A stretch of DNA of 63,454 nt, counting the filler, from Pelomyxa schiedti (taxonomy: Eukaryota; Protista; Evosea): NCBI GenBank assembly GCA_020536535.1. It is 9 parts of 9 records of this genome, joined end to end, with 100 filler letters (N's around TTAATTAATTAA, not from the genome) between each part and the next. Parts side by side here need not be neighbours in the genome. Positions count along the whole stretch, not along the records: positions 1 to 25,259 come from JAHLWZ010000576.1; 8 more parts are not named here. One strand, given 5' to 3'. The notes below the pieces were generated by a model that worked only from the letters and a program-made list of their open reading frames with translations, made no database searches and was not told the DNA's origin. The position numbers were made by a program, and so were the translations under genes. Shown piece after piece: positions 1 through 12,833 of this stretch (its first letter is position 1; every line of letters begins with the position of its first letter).

Positions 1-314
1 TTTCCTATTGTATAATTTAACGGGTATTGGAATCCAAACAGAATCAACTTCAGTAGCAGCTTTTTCCAACGCGCAGTCACCCCGTAGCATTGCAATCTGT
101 TGTACAAGGTCTTGGTTCTCAGTTTTTAACAGTTCATTTTTCTCCTGGCACATACAACATAAGTGTTGGGTGGTGCTAGAGATATCTACATTTAAATCTG
201 TGTTCAGTTTCTGGAGCTTTTTTTCAGCCTCAGACTGTGTTTCGCCCAGTGTCTGAGTTGCGGACACTGGAGGGATGAGTGAAAGCAAACTTTGGGTACT
301 ACGAAGCTGCGGCT
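1..314. repeat. Inverted duplicate of 1622-1935 (probable amplification/assembly chimera)
   Basis: 1-309 is the reverse complement of 1627-1935 with about 3 mismatches; the outer end coincides exactly with the edge of the N gap at 1936. Confidence 0.9.
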
Positions 315-419
315 GTGGTTGCGAGTGCGAGTGCGAGTGCGAGTGTGGCTGCGTGGGCGGCGGCGGGGGTTGGGCGGCAAATGGCACTAGTAGTTGTAGT
401 TGTAGTAGTTGTACTAGTA

Positions 420-3400
420 TGAATAGAATCCAGGCAGATAGAGGAGGTGTATCATTATTATTACCACCATCATCGCAACAACAACAGCACCAGCAGCACG
501 ACCATCGCACAACTTCCGGGCAGTATTTCGCTCATCCTGTAAATCAAGAATGTAAAGATCATCAACAACCAGAACCGCAGGATCGAGCACTAACTACAAG
601 TATAGCAACAATAGTTAATACAGAGGGAGACCCGCCGGATATACTTCCTCGCTTGTCCATCATTCTTCGGGATACACCTCATACACCTCCATCATCACCC
701 AAATTGCAGCCACAAAGTGAAATCCCCTCCAAACCCTTTACAGTTCCCCCCAGTGAAATACAAGTTCCACCCATTCCTAGAACTCAGTCGTTGATTTCAC
801 TCACTGTACCTGCAAGTGCTGATCTTGGAACTCCACATTGTACAAGCGACAATCCAGTCAGAAATATTCAGAAAACTGGTTTGGCTACTAAACCTGGTAG
901 CGCTTCAGCTGGAAACCAAACACAACAATACAACCCTCATGGGCAGACTACAAACTCGCCCCCTGTTCCAGTTAATAAGACCAATGAAACAGTTCCTCTG
1001 ACCAGTTCAAACTCTTCCAAGTGCCTTGGTACATCGGAGATGGTTCTGGAAGCAATGACAATAACATCAACTAAAACCGTACAGCAAGTTACTGTATGTA
1101 ATAGCCTCCCTGGCGTTCCAACAAATTTGATCAATCTATAGTTGTATTTGATAGATGTGAGATGGAGAGATACTACTACTCGAAGTTGCGTTGAGTACAC
1201 TGTGGAGAAGCGATATCAGAATTTTGCCGATCTACACGCAAAGGTGAAGATGCAATACGCAATGCTTTATTTCTTATCTTTTGCAGCTTGCAACGTCGTT
1301 CAATGTCCTTCCTTCTCTTCCTGGGAAAAAGATGTTTGGATCTCAAGATCAGGCTTTTGTGCAACAGAGAAAGATGGCCCTTCAAAAGTGAGGAGTAGAA
1401 GCTTTTTTGAACTAATTCGAAATTAGGTACTTAAGCATCATGGTCGAAACTCCGGGAATTGTGTCCTCCAAGACCTTCCAAGATTTCGTTGTATTTATCC
1501 TGCTTTATTCTTAAACTTTATTGACTTCCTGCAGGCCAACCCTCAGTACATTTCCGACAGAAAAAACTACATTTCCTTACCTCCCTTAGGAATAATCAGC
1601 AAAAGGACCTTACACCTACCAAGCCTCAGCTTCGTAGTACCCAAAGTTTGCTTTCACTCATCCCTCCAGTGTCCGCAACTCAGACACTGGGCGAAACACA
1701 GTCTGAGGCTGAAAAAAAGCTCCAGAAACTTAACACAGATTTAAAGGTAGATATCTCTAGCACCACCCAACACTTATGTTGTATGTGCCAGGAGAAAAAT
1801 GAACTGTTAAAAAATGAGAACCAAGACCTTGTACAACAGATTGCAATGCTACGGGGTGACTGCGCGTTGGAAAAAGCTGCTACTGAAGTTGATTCTGTTT
1901 GGATTCCAATACCCGTTAAATTATACAATAGGAAANNNNNNNNNNNNNNNNNNNNNNNNNNNNNNNNNNNNNNNNNNNNNNNNNNNNNNNNNNNNNNNNN
2001 NNNNNNNNNNNNNNNNNNNNNNNNNNNNNNNNNNNTGAGAACCAAGACCTTGTACAACAGATTGCAATGCTACGGGGTGACTGCGCGTTGGAAAAAGCTG
2101 CTACTGAAGTTGATTCTGTTTGGATTCCAATACCCGTTAAATTATACAATAGGAAATGGAAGAGCGCTTCTTGTATTCAGAAGAGATTCTTAGAATTCGG
2201 GAGTCCGAGCTCTCCTTAACTACATCAAAATATAATGACGTTATCTCTATGTAAGTTCCCAGCTACCTATTAGTATTTCTTTAAAATTCTTTGTAGGGCA
2301 AAAACTACTGCAGAGAAGAAAGATAGTCAACTCTCTAACATGCAAAAGAAATTAGAAGTGGCGCAAGAAAAAATACAATCTCTTTTGAAGACTGTTCATG
2401 CAGGTAGTGCAAATTCGCTTCTCAGATAGTTGATGACTTTTACAGCACAGGAAGAGGCTATACTACGTGAAAGGAGAATTTCCACAATTCAGAAACAACG
2501 AAATCAGTTCCAACAGCAGCTTCAGCAAGCCCAAGAAACGATCCAAGCACAGTCTATAACTATTACGAATCTAGCCATTGAAAATATGTATTGAAGAGCT
2601 GTTCAATTTCAATAGAAAAACCAATATAATAGCGATGTTCCTGTAACAAAGACGTTGAGACTGAAGTCGCCTGTATCACTCAAGTAAATCTTCTCCATTC
2701 TTTTCTCTTTTTCACCTCTTTGCAGTGGGTCAAACAGTGAAAACCTACTACAACTACAGAAGGAAAGGAGCGCACTTGCTACTATTCTAGCCGCCAAAGA
2801 TGCAGAAATAGAATGTAGAGTGTCATAGATACTCACTGACACTGACCTCTACACAAGCTTTTACAAAACAGGCAAACATTCAATTACTTTCAGCCAGTGC
2901 ATGCTCTCCGCCTCCTTCTGAACAACCTTGTGACCAAATTTTTGAAAGTGAGCTCTTGAAAAGCAGAGCATACATTACACGTCTTGAGGCAATTTGTACA
3001 CGATACTGATGTTCATTCATATTCACACAGGGTAGAATTGTGGAACTTGAAAATAGTACTTCTGCACTCAATGAAGAACTGAAGGAAACCAAGGCTACCT
3101 GCAGCACCACAAATGGCCTCCTTCATGAGAGATTGGACACAGCCATTAAACAGCTTGCAACCTCGAAGTACACATACCTGTGCCTCTTGTAATTTCTGAA
3201 AGGTTTCAGGTCTGAACTTGCTTCTCTCAACAAAAGACGATTTGCAGCGGAAGAAACTGCCCGGCAGCTCTCTGGTACAAAGGGTCACCTCTGGGAGCAA
3301 TATACTGTATATGTTAGTTCTAAACGTCATACAGCTAAGGCCAATTCAATAGGATCTTCAGAAGAAACTTCAGAAAGCTCAAGGTGAAATTCAAAGGAAG

Positions 3401-4911
3401 AGCAACCAGATTGACTTGCTTCGAGTTGAGCTGGAAGGAGAAAAAAGAGTACCTTTTTTTTTTCCCGCCTAAACCCTGAACTTGCAAAAGAAATATGAAG
3501 TTGACATTTTGACCCCCAAGAGTAAGACTCTCACGAAGGTATTTTTTCTTAGTGAGTGTTTGGGTTGGACATAAATGTTTCCTAGGCAGAAGCTGAAGAC
3601 CAAGCCTTGCGGCAGGTTTTGGACATCCTATTCACATACTCTCTCAACATTTTTTAGGCCAAAGCCTACCAAGAACAGCTTTCTCACATGGCATTTGAAG
3701 TGCGTGCTATCTTTTACTTGCTTGATCGTCTCAAACGTTTTATAGATTGAACGCTTGAAATCAACTGTGGCCCTTGCGGAAGCAGAAAAGAATTTTGAAA
3801 AGCAGCAGCACCAAAAAGATTTGGCAATTGTAAAGTTAAATTACATCAAGGTGTCAATGGCAATGAAAGCAGCCGGGTTGATGGTATACAATAGATCCCA
3901 TCTCCTATTTGTGAGTAATCTGCACACATACTTTACAGCCAAAATACAATGAACTGGAAAAATATGACCAACTGGCCTCCAAGTTGTGCTCGATCGAAGA
4001 AATGTCTGCCGACCTCAAAGATTTGCAAGAAAAGTAGGATGGCCACCACCATTTTTTGCCTTTCTGTTCGACTCCCTGCTAACCCATCACCAAGATACTT
4101 CTTCGCACTCGCAATGAACCTGAAGATGATTGACAGCTCAACAAGTGCCATTGATGTCAATCACCTGTGGTCTCTTGCGCAGGCCCAAAACGTGCCACAC
4201 AAATCCTGGCAAGGTTGGATTCTGCGAACGGTGAACCCAACATCATCAGCGCCGCCGACGATGCGCCACACCCTCACACCCCCAAACTCAGCCGGGTCCG
4301 CGGCTGCTCCTTCAACACCACACCGCCGCGGCACCGTTTCGCAAACAGTCCAACCGGACCAGGCAACAACAGCATCCACCACACCCAAACTCGCGCCGCA
4401 ATCACAACAACAAACACAGCAGCCACCACCGCAAACCTCAACACCAACTCCAACACAACTATCCACAGCAACCGCATCGCCGTCATCACTGTCACCTCTG
4501 GAAAACCACACTCAGAAGCCACAACCTCCGCAACAACAACAACAACCACAAACCGGCACAACAACAACCCCTTCCTCAACAACTTCGGAAACGGCAACCT
4601 CCGGGTCCATTCCAATCCCCGGAACACACAACAGGCCACGCAATCAATCACAGCCCATTATGCCTTCGGTGTTATCACTTGGAAGGTCACTATCCACAAC
4701 CGCACTCATGGCATATTATCACCCCAACAACGCCACAACAGCCGTGCAACCCAACCACACTGGTGCAGCTACTACCACCGCTAGTAATTCAGCAGCATCA
4801 AACACAAACACTGCCACATCATCAACACCATCAACACCATCAAAACCACAACAACACAGAAGAATGGATTCTGAGAGTCCCTGTGCCTACTCGTACACCC
4901 CAAGGTTTTGA
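420..4911 (+). CDS. PX-domain, long coiled-coil protein with Ser/Thr/Pro/Gln-rich termini (multi-exon)
   Basis: Splicing 1094-1490 gives LYLIDVRW...YTVEKRYQNFADLHAKL...LPSLPGKKMFG...FVQQRKMALQKYL...FQDF, a PX consensus. Coiled-coil exons follow to ~3900, then the last exon ORF 3949-4911. The start is uncertain because the 5' flank is chimeric. Confidence 0.75.
1815..2156. other. Scaffold gap (100 N, 1936-2035) with 121-bp duplicated flanks
   Basis: 1815-1935 equals 2036-2156; the same pattern occurs at the other two 100-N gaps. Confidence 0.95.
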
Positions 4912-4994
4912 ATCTATGCACTTTTCTTTTCAACCACTGTCGCCCACCACACTTATCACCGTCTCTGAGAGGGAGCCTCCCGGAAATCCGGAGA

Positions 4995-7900
4995 ATGAGT
5001 TTGGTGATCCGGTACACGCACTGCTTCGTGGTTGGGCCGGTTGGCCTCGTCGGCGACTTTTTCACGCACCTCACTTGTAGCGGCACCTTTGTTGTGCGTC
5101 CCGAACAAAAAGGGACGCGTCCCGTACTCACGGTAACCAAATCCTCACCAACCTCAACAGCATCAGCAACAACAGCCGATCCCAGCGATGCGATTGATTG
5201 CGTGACAAAAACCGACCCCACTCTTTCCTCACCATCACCATCACCATCGCAACCAACAACACCCCAAAGGGATGAGATTCTGCACACCCTCAAGTATACA
5301 CTTGCCCACCAATGCTCCGAATTGAGGTTGTGGGACACCCCCAGAATTGAAAACGAATCCTCAGGTGGTGGCTACAATGTTAATTCTGATGAAGAGAAGC
5401 CGTCCAAATTATGTTATACGTTCTACCGGTGCTGTGGAGACAATTCTCTTACAAGTCAGTCACAACTTATTCACACTGTGTATGTGCATAACCTTTTCCT
5501 TTTTTTTTTTTCACTGACTTTTTGGTTCCAAGCTCTGGCAACAAGGTGCTCCTGATTCTGCACAGTTTTCAGGACAAGTATTTCCACATGGAAATACCCA
5601 CCATACTGAAGAATTTGCTGGCTCCAGATTTTCCCCGACCAGAGGCAACTCTGTTCCTGGTTGACTGCAGTGAGCTTAGCGATAAAGATGGAGGACTACT
5701 GATCACAGAAAGAGACATAGTGAAACAAACGCTGGTCTTAGTTCATCTGGCTTTTTCTGTGTGTAGTATCCTCTCTGCCTAGTTTTTTTTTTTTTTCCCA
5801 ACAACACTCACCTTGCTACCAGTTTTGTGCTCACAGTATGCTGAAGTGCACACAAAAACCTGGAAATTTGGACATTCTGCTATCGCTGTTCTCAGATCTC
5901 CCATTGCACCACAAACTAATAAGTCCATTGTATTTCCCAGACTTCCCAGGGGAACAATCATATGAGCTGGTTCCATTGCCTGAGCTACCCACCATCCTTC
6001 ACATCATGCGTGCCGATGTCACAACAGCGCACATGATCATGCAACTTGTTCACAATTACAGGTCGCAGTTCCCATTCTTCACAGTGTCAATGGCACTCAG
6101 GACTTGGCTGAGAGCAAAGAACGAGGCTGCTGTTGGTGTTGTGTGCCTTGCTAAGTCTATCACTGACTCTGAAAACATTGACCTTTCTGACTTGCATTTG
6201 TCACATGTTCCTGATTCATTGGGGAGATTGACGTGCAGGACACTCGACCTCTCCAGCAACAAAAACATCCATATGATTCCCAAGTGGTTGGCTTTAATGC
6301 CCAATGTCAGATTGGGAAGAGGTGACAGATGGCTGCTTAATGAGATGAAGGGAGATGAATTCACCAATTTCAAACCCAACAACACACACAAACTTGTGAT
6401 TTTTGGAGACACAGGTGTTGGAAAGACAACACTGTTGAGGTGTATGATGGAGGACAAGAAGAAACTGAGCACAAAGCATGTTCAACACACAGGAATTGCT
6501 GTGCATCACGATGTGAGGTTTAAATACAACAAGGGAACCAGCTGGACTGTCTGGGACCTTGGTATTGACTCTGATTCTTTTTTAGGAGCTGACACATGAA
6601 AACACAGGAGGGGAATCACTGTCACCGTTCCACCACTGGTTCCTCCTCAGCAGGTCTGTTTTCATCATCGTTTTTGATGTCTCCAAAGCACTGATGATGA
6701 AGGAACCACACATGGCAGTTTACCGATGGTTGAATGAATTCTCAGTTGCAAGGAGCCGTGGTTCCAAGGCAAGGGGGAGCATCTTCGTCGTTGGGACCCA
6801 CATGGAGGGAATTGATCCAAATGATCCCAAGCTGTGGGAGCTTATGAACTACATTTTCATTCAACAAGAGCACATATCCTTTGTCTTCTTAATGCAACTC
6901 AGCAATGGAAAGGGCTGGCGGTGCCACAACCACTCTTGCGTGACAGAAGAAGATTCCCGATGTGTATCTTCACTCCTGAGCTCTCTTCCATATGAAGTAT
7001 GTGATGACGGTATTCCCCAAGCTGTTCCTGAAAGTTGGATGATACTGAACACACAAATCATCCGAAATAGGGATGACAAAGTGAGAACCACTTCATTGAC
7101 GTGGACACAGTTTGTTCAGGTGGCAAAGAAGTGTGGTGTCTCAGTAAGAACACCACAACTGGTGGAAATCGAGCAGTGTGCTGACTTCTTGGCCGACATT
7201 GGGACCATTGTTCACTTCAGGTACCATGGCACCCTCAGTGAAATCTTGAAGGAAGACTTCATCATTGTGGAACCTCATTCCTTTTTGCGGTGCCTGTGTG
7301 AGACCATTTGTTCAAAGGGGGCACAAGTACTGCGAGAAAGTGCCCTTCCTGTGAAGCTAGCACTGAGAGCAGTTACCCGTGAGTTTAGTAACATTCAGGT
7401 TATCCTTGGACCTCCACCCTTTGAGAAGGAATCAGTGTCCTTTCTTCCGAGCAGTGTCATGACACCCCCCTCCTCCACTTTTCATAAATTCCAAAACTTC
7501 ACTGGTGACACCACAGTGAGTGGGAGAGTACTCAAGTTCTCCCTGTTTCCTCGGGCCTTGTTCCTCAAAGCCGTTTCTTTCATCTCAGGCTATCTTCACA
7601 ATGATGGCTGGCACACACATTTGTTTGGCAGCTGCGTTGTTTTTTCACATCATCCTATTAGTCAACCCGAAGAGTCATATTTATTCATGGCCTGCAAAGA
7701 AGAGAACACAATCTCGATTTGCATGAAACACTACCTTCCAATCCAGAAGCAAGTGGAAATCTGGGCAAAACTGAAACACACCCTCTGTCAAATCTGGCAG
7801 TCAGAATGTTATAGATATGAGGAAAGAGGTGCTTCTGAACTACTATCCACTGGGGTTTTTGTTGTTGAACTCTTCCCCTGTACATATTGCTTGTGGAAAG

Positions 7901-9054
7901 GCTTTTCTCCATCACAAAACTGGTTCAACTCTGCCAAACCATCTGCTCTGCCGCCAAACTTGTTTTATTTCACCAAAGACGACATCGTCCAGGCACTTAA
8001 AAATCAGCAACATCAGCTGACATGTGGTGGAAACGCACATCATGAAGTGGACCTTGTTGACGTGGCTCCTGACATGGTGGACCAGCATCTTCACCAACAG
8101 GCAGCATCCACATCACCAGTATTGGCAGCACCAATTGTACCAGCAGCAATTGTAGGAATGGTTGATGACATCAACAACCACAGCATCACGTTGGGGGAGC
8201 TTATGAAGTTACTCCTCCACAGGGGGAACGGGACAACATCTGTTCTTGACCAAGTTCTCCCAATCAGCTTGAAGATGAAGATTCTGCACGATGTGGCATG
8301 TAGCTTGATAGAGCTTCATGAACCAGCCCCTGATGACAACTATCGTTGTAGGAGCCATGGCAGAGTTTCCCCCGGTCTGAATTCCTTTTTCTTCCACATA
8401 GCGCAACTTACAGTAAAGAAACAGATAGCATCATTGTTCTGTCACTGGATGAATCAAGGGGTCCTTGGGCAGTGGTTTGGAAAGATTATTAACATACCCG
8501 GCGACTCACCCTTTTCAGATCACCAACACCAAACCATCGATCTTTCCTCCTTTTTGGCAGACTCCTTCAACAGCGGTTCCACTTTCACTGGGAGATGCGG
8601 ACTGCAGTTCTCCAGAGGTTCTCTGTGGCATGCCAGCTGGCACACATTCCGATGTTTGGAGCTTTGGTAAAACTTCAGTTCCACCCTAATCTCAGGTTGT
8701 TGACATTGACATTCAGGTATTACAGCAGGCATACTGTTGGACCCTCTGAAACAACCGTACTCACACATCACATCCAGATACCTCTTCACAGACTACAACA
8801 ATAACATCAATAAGAACAACCACCACCAGCCCTTGCACCTTTACCCCTGGGCCATTGGGCAGGACCTCCTCAGGGGTGTAATCACTCCATTCCCCCCACC
8901 ACCAACTCCACTTCTTGGGGGTTCATCATCAGAGACCAACAACAACATGTTCCAATTGGGATGTGAGATTGTAAGCATGTGCCTGGAACCCAAACCCAAC
9001 TCCAGGCCGTCCATGGGCACCATTCTCAAAGTGTGGAATTATTTTGTAACTTGA
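4995..9054 (+). CDS. Roco-family protein: degenerate N-terminal GTPase-like region, LRR, ROC, COR, C-terminal pseudokinase (multi-exon)
   Basis: LRRs IDLSDLHLSHVPDSL and TLDLSSNKNIHMIPKWL; ROC P-loop KLVIFGDTGVGKTT; spliced WDLGGE...SVFIIVFD; VVGTH; COR-like VPESW...FLADIGTIVHF; kinase C-lobe SPEVL...SDVWSFG...CLEPKPNSRPSM. Confidence 0.85.
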
Positions 9055-9289
9055 TGCTCAAGCTTGCAAGGGCAACTTTTTTTTTCTTTTGCCTGAAGTC
9101 GAAAACCAACTTCAGGCCAGGCCACATCATGGAGAGGTGTAGGTTGGAATGTGGAAGTGTGGACTGTAGGAGCCCAGTGGAGTGGTGGGTGCGTAGGAGC
9201 GAGAGCGAGAGAATGAGAGCGAGAGTGAGAGAGAATGAGAATGAGAGTGAGAGCAAGAGCAAGGGGTGTTAGTGCCGAGGTGAAGTGGG

Positions 9290-10650
9290 TGGAGGCGGAA
9301 GTAAAGCCTGACATTGCACTCTGTTCGGCAGTCCTTCTGGCATCCCACAGGGTCCTGTTGTTGTTGAGTGGGGTGATAATAAAAAGGGAATGTACCTTGG
9401 TAACAGATTGAGTAACTACACCTAAATAATATCTTGAGCCTGGAGAAAAAGTCAAAAAAAAAAAAAGAAGAAGAAGCCACCTACCAAGGAGGTCACAAAG
9501 TGCTGGAAATGCAGAAAAGGGCAGAGATAGTCGACACATTTACCTGTCATGGTTTAATGTGGTGATCATACAAAGAGAGAGGGGGATTACCTTGGTGATG
9601 ACAGGCTTTCATCAGCAGCTGGCAAGTTGCTACACCTGGTCTCAAGTGTGAGAAATCGAAAAAGAAAAACAGAGAAGTACCTGGTTCAAGTCTGTCTTGG
9701 TGCCACAGAAATCGAAAAAGAAAAAAGGAGGAGTCACACACCAGCGCCACAAGGTGCCGGAAACAGAAGACCCATTTCAACACAGGTGGAATGCGGGAAA
9801 AGAAAAAACAAATCTGGGGATTGGAGGTCAGGGAATAGTGGGGCGGACAATGAAAAGGCGAAAACCTGATGAGGAAAAGCGGAGCAGAGCTGCACACGCA
9901 ATTCCCCTGAGTGGCGTCAGTAGGGGATACCTATTATGTTTAAGTTTGGGGTGACGATGAAAAGGAGAGGGGGATTTACCATAGTGACCAGGCTGTCATG
10001 GCAACCAACTGTACAAGGTGAGACGAGAAAAAGAAGAAATAACATACCAGTGGCTGAGCTGCTCAATGCCAACACTCCCATGTGCATACAGCGTGAATGC
10101 GTAAAAAGGACCTAGAGAGTGGAGGTGAGTGATATATTGGGGGGTACTCAAAGAAGAGGAATACCGGTGGAATGGAGCCGAGCCGCACACGCATTCTGCT
10201 GACGTCCACAACACCACCTGGTTTTCAAATGTGAGAATCGAAAAAGAAAAACGGAGAAGAGAAATGGAAACATACCGCTGTGCCCCTTCTCCTCGTCATT
10301 GAATCTTCAATGACCTGTGTTGTTGTGAACAAAAACAAAAACAAGACTAGCCAAACGAAATAAAACAAACTTAAATCACACGAGACAAAGAAAAACAAAG
10401 TAACACAAAAAGAACTGTGTGAAGCGTAGCCTCAACAGTTCGAGAAAAAAAAAACCAAACAAAACCGAGAAACAAAGACTGGTGCGATAAAGCGCAATAA
10501 AAGCAACATAAAATAAAAAAATTAAAACAAGCACATTGGGGAAAAAAACCCGATACCGACTGAACGACCTGTGTCCCCAAAAGGCGACGTTCTGTAGCAC
10601 CACCATCCGCCGTTACGCCACACCCGGCCCGGCCACCGAACGGCAAAAAT
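9290..10650 (-). other. Multi-intron transcription unit with no long ORF (lncRNA or decayed gene)
   Basis: About 10 consecutive 40-55 nt GT...AG pyrimidine-rich introns separate 15-70 nt exons; no spliced frame I tested exceeds ~75 codons. Confidence 0.4.
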
Positions 10651-10974
10651 TTATATTTTATTTATTCCTTTGCAATTGAAACGAAAGAGTCTGAAACAAC
10701 ATTTTCCCCTAAACTCCACACACTAAGCACCAAGTCAGATCGTCTTGCTGCAGTCTGCACCAAATGAGAGGAGACAAGTGCATAAACAATGAACTCAGTT
10801 AATTAATCCTGGGCGCGTTGTTCCCTTCCCAGTTGGCGCAGATGGATGGACTTCTGTCTGACTTAGTGTTATGGAGAGACTCCCCACTTTGGGTTTCCAC
10901 TACCAATTTGGGCACGAATTCAGCTCTCCAATGTGCATACAAAATTGTGTTAAAGCTCCCCGATCCCATCCAAA

Positions 10975-11388
10975 TTGGGGAACGTGGGCACACTTTGGAT
11001 TCAGGGTGGTTACACAGCATGGTTTGTTGATGAAGATGATGAGGCAAGGAACTTTGTTGTTGTGGAGCCTCTGATGAGGTTCGAAGACCAACCAATGAAC
11101 CTGAAGATTGAGTTTGGCATGGTGAGGTCCATCCGGAAGGGGTTGTTGGTGTTGACGAGGAACGGCTTGAGGTTGGTCAGTGCCTGGACGAGGCACTCCA
11201 CTGACGCGTGCGCGCTGGTGAACCCAAAGATGTTCACTGCAAGTTGGAACGACTGGAATGGGAACCCCGCGTCCGCAAATGTGGTGCGCAGCTTGTCAAA
11301 GTTCTCAGATGATATCTCCATGAACACCACAATCACTGTGGGACCTATGGGTTGTGTGTGTGTGTCGTTGGTTGGATTCAAGAAGTAG
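10975..11388 (+). CDS. Hypothetical protein (3' exon; 5' structure unresolved)
   Basis: 137-codon ORF with globular-protein composition; no recognised motif and no start exon I could join. Confidence 0.35.
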   Translation: MGNVGTLWIQGGYTAWFVDEDDEARNFVVVEPLMRFEDQPMNLKIEFGMVRSIRKGLLVLTRNGLRLVSAWTRHSTDACALVNPKMFTASWNDWNGNPASANVVRSLSKFSDDISMNTTITVGPMGCVCVSLVGFKK

Positions 11389-11399
11389 ATATTTTGAAA

Positions 11400-12833
11400 C
11401 TATTTAGGAATGGAAAAATTACGCCAAGAAAATCTCTCTGGAATTCCGGCAACAGTGGCTTCCGGCACTGTAAATATTTAATTAATATGTGCGGTAACAA
11501 AAGGAAGAAAAAACTTACGTTGTGAAACACATCGACTGTCCACACAAGTCTGCAGATTAAGGTGGTCAATGTACAGTCCGGATTTAACAGCAAGCTCTTT
11601 GCCAAAGTAAACTGTCCGAGTAATGCCCTCGAAGAAGGGTGATGGCAGGTGCAGATACTTGTTTGTGTAATCCACAAATGCCAGGGCACGAGAGGAGGTC
11701 CGCGGAACTACTATGGTTGTTGGTGCGTGTCTGATTGCCGGGACAAGTGAATGATTTGTTGGTGTAGTTGTTGTTGTTGTTTTTGTTGTTGCGGCTGGTT
11801 GGCTGATTGTGGAAAGAAGCGGTACGTGGCACCGTGCTCGGAGTGAAAGTGGCTTTGAGGTGACGGGGGGAAGGTTGCTTATTCCACTCACAAGGAGAAT
11901 AACTTGAGATCTCAAGTGCTCTCTGAGAGGGTAAACTGCGTTAGAACTACGAATAACAATAACCTTTGAAGAATTTTGAGTGCTTGAACCTGCTGGAAGT
12001 GCACCGAGTTGATAATTCAAAAATTAAGTCATCTGTAAGTGAAGAAGCAACACTTTCCCGCACAACAGCATCAGGAAGTGAAAGGAGTTGGATATCTACA
12101 GGAGGTTCACCTTGCGGGCAACATTTTTTACAGGCAACACCTAAGTTCCACAATTAGAAAGGGAAATATATGTATTTATCTCACTCTCAAAAGTCCCGTA
12201 TTTGAGCCAAGTGCCACCAATTACTTTCTGAGCTATTTCTGTAAAACTTACACCACTGGTAATTCGCCAAGAGCGGCACACGCTCACTTTCATCTGTGAT
12301 CTAGCAGTTAATAACTAACGCACACAAAAAAAAAAACAACAAACAAAAAAAAAAGGAGGTGAGAGAAGGGTGAAAATTTTCACCACATAAACAAAAAATA
12401 ATAAGGTAACCTTGTATCTACGGAATCTATACAGCACATCATCAATCACATGTATCCAACACATTTGTTTCTGATTGTCAACATCATCACTCCCAATCAC
12501 ATGGTTCTCCTTCATCAAAGACGACGAGGAAATTCTGCTATTAATACTTGCCCCCGTTCTCAATGTATTTACAATCCCATAACTGGAACCTGTTGCTGCC
12601 ACGCCATTGGCACGTCCACGGGCGGCCCCGATACTGGTGCCAGGGCAACGTGGTGGCCGCAGGGAACCAATGGTACTTATGGGCGCGGTGGCGGACGTGG
12701 GCTTGTACCTGTGCCGGGGCTTGTGGTGCTCAACCACAATTGTGGGAGGGAATGGTACAAGTGGCAGAGGAGAAGGAGGCCCCACCGGGGGAGTCGGGGG
12801 CCTGGATGTAGCCGTACCGCAATTGTGGGTCAT
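11400..12833 (-). CDS. Hypothetical protein with a CxxC...CTSSRxHL domain (possible DNA-binding domain; multi-exon)
   Basis: Phase-consistent splicing gives ...CKKCCPQGEPPVDIQLL...FELSTRCTSSR|EHLRSQVILLVSG...VTSKPLSLRAR; ATG at 12833, stop near 11400. Confidence 0.55.

Noticed and set aside
275-419. Cys-rich metallothionein-like N-terminus (CGCGCECECEC) of ORF 275-1141
   Set aside because: It is the translation of a GAGTGC microsatellite next to the chimeric inverted junction
4161-4784. Long antisense and alternative-frame ORFs over low-complexity exons (also at 18293-18820, 42525-43478, 54330-54894)
   Set aside because: Expected shadow ORFs of repeat-rich or GC-rich coding sequence
8425-8520. 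Apparent frameshift or stop readthrough in the Roco kinase region
   Set aside because: Resolved by ordinary short introns (8475-8518 and the one ending at 8424); no recoding is needed
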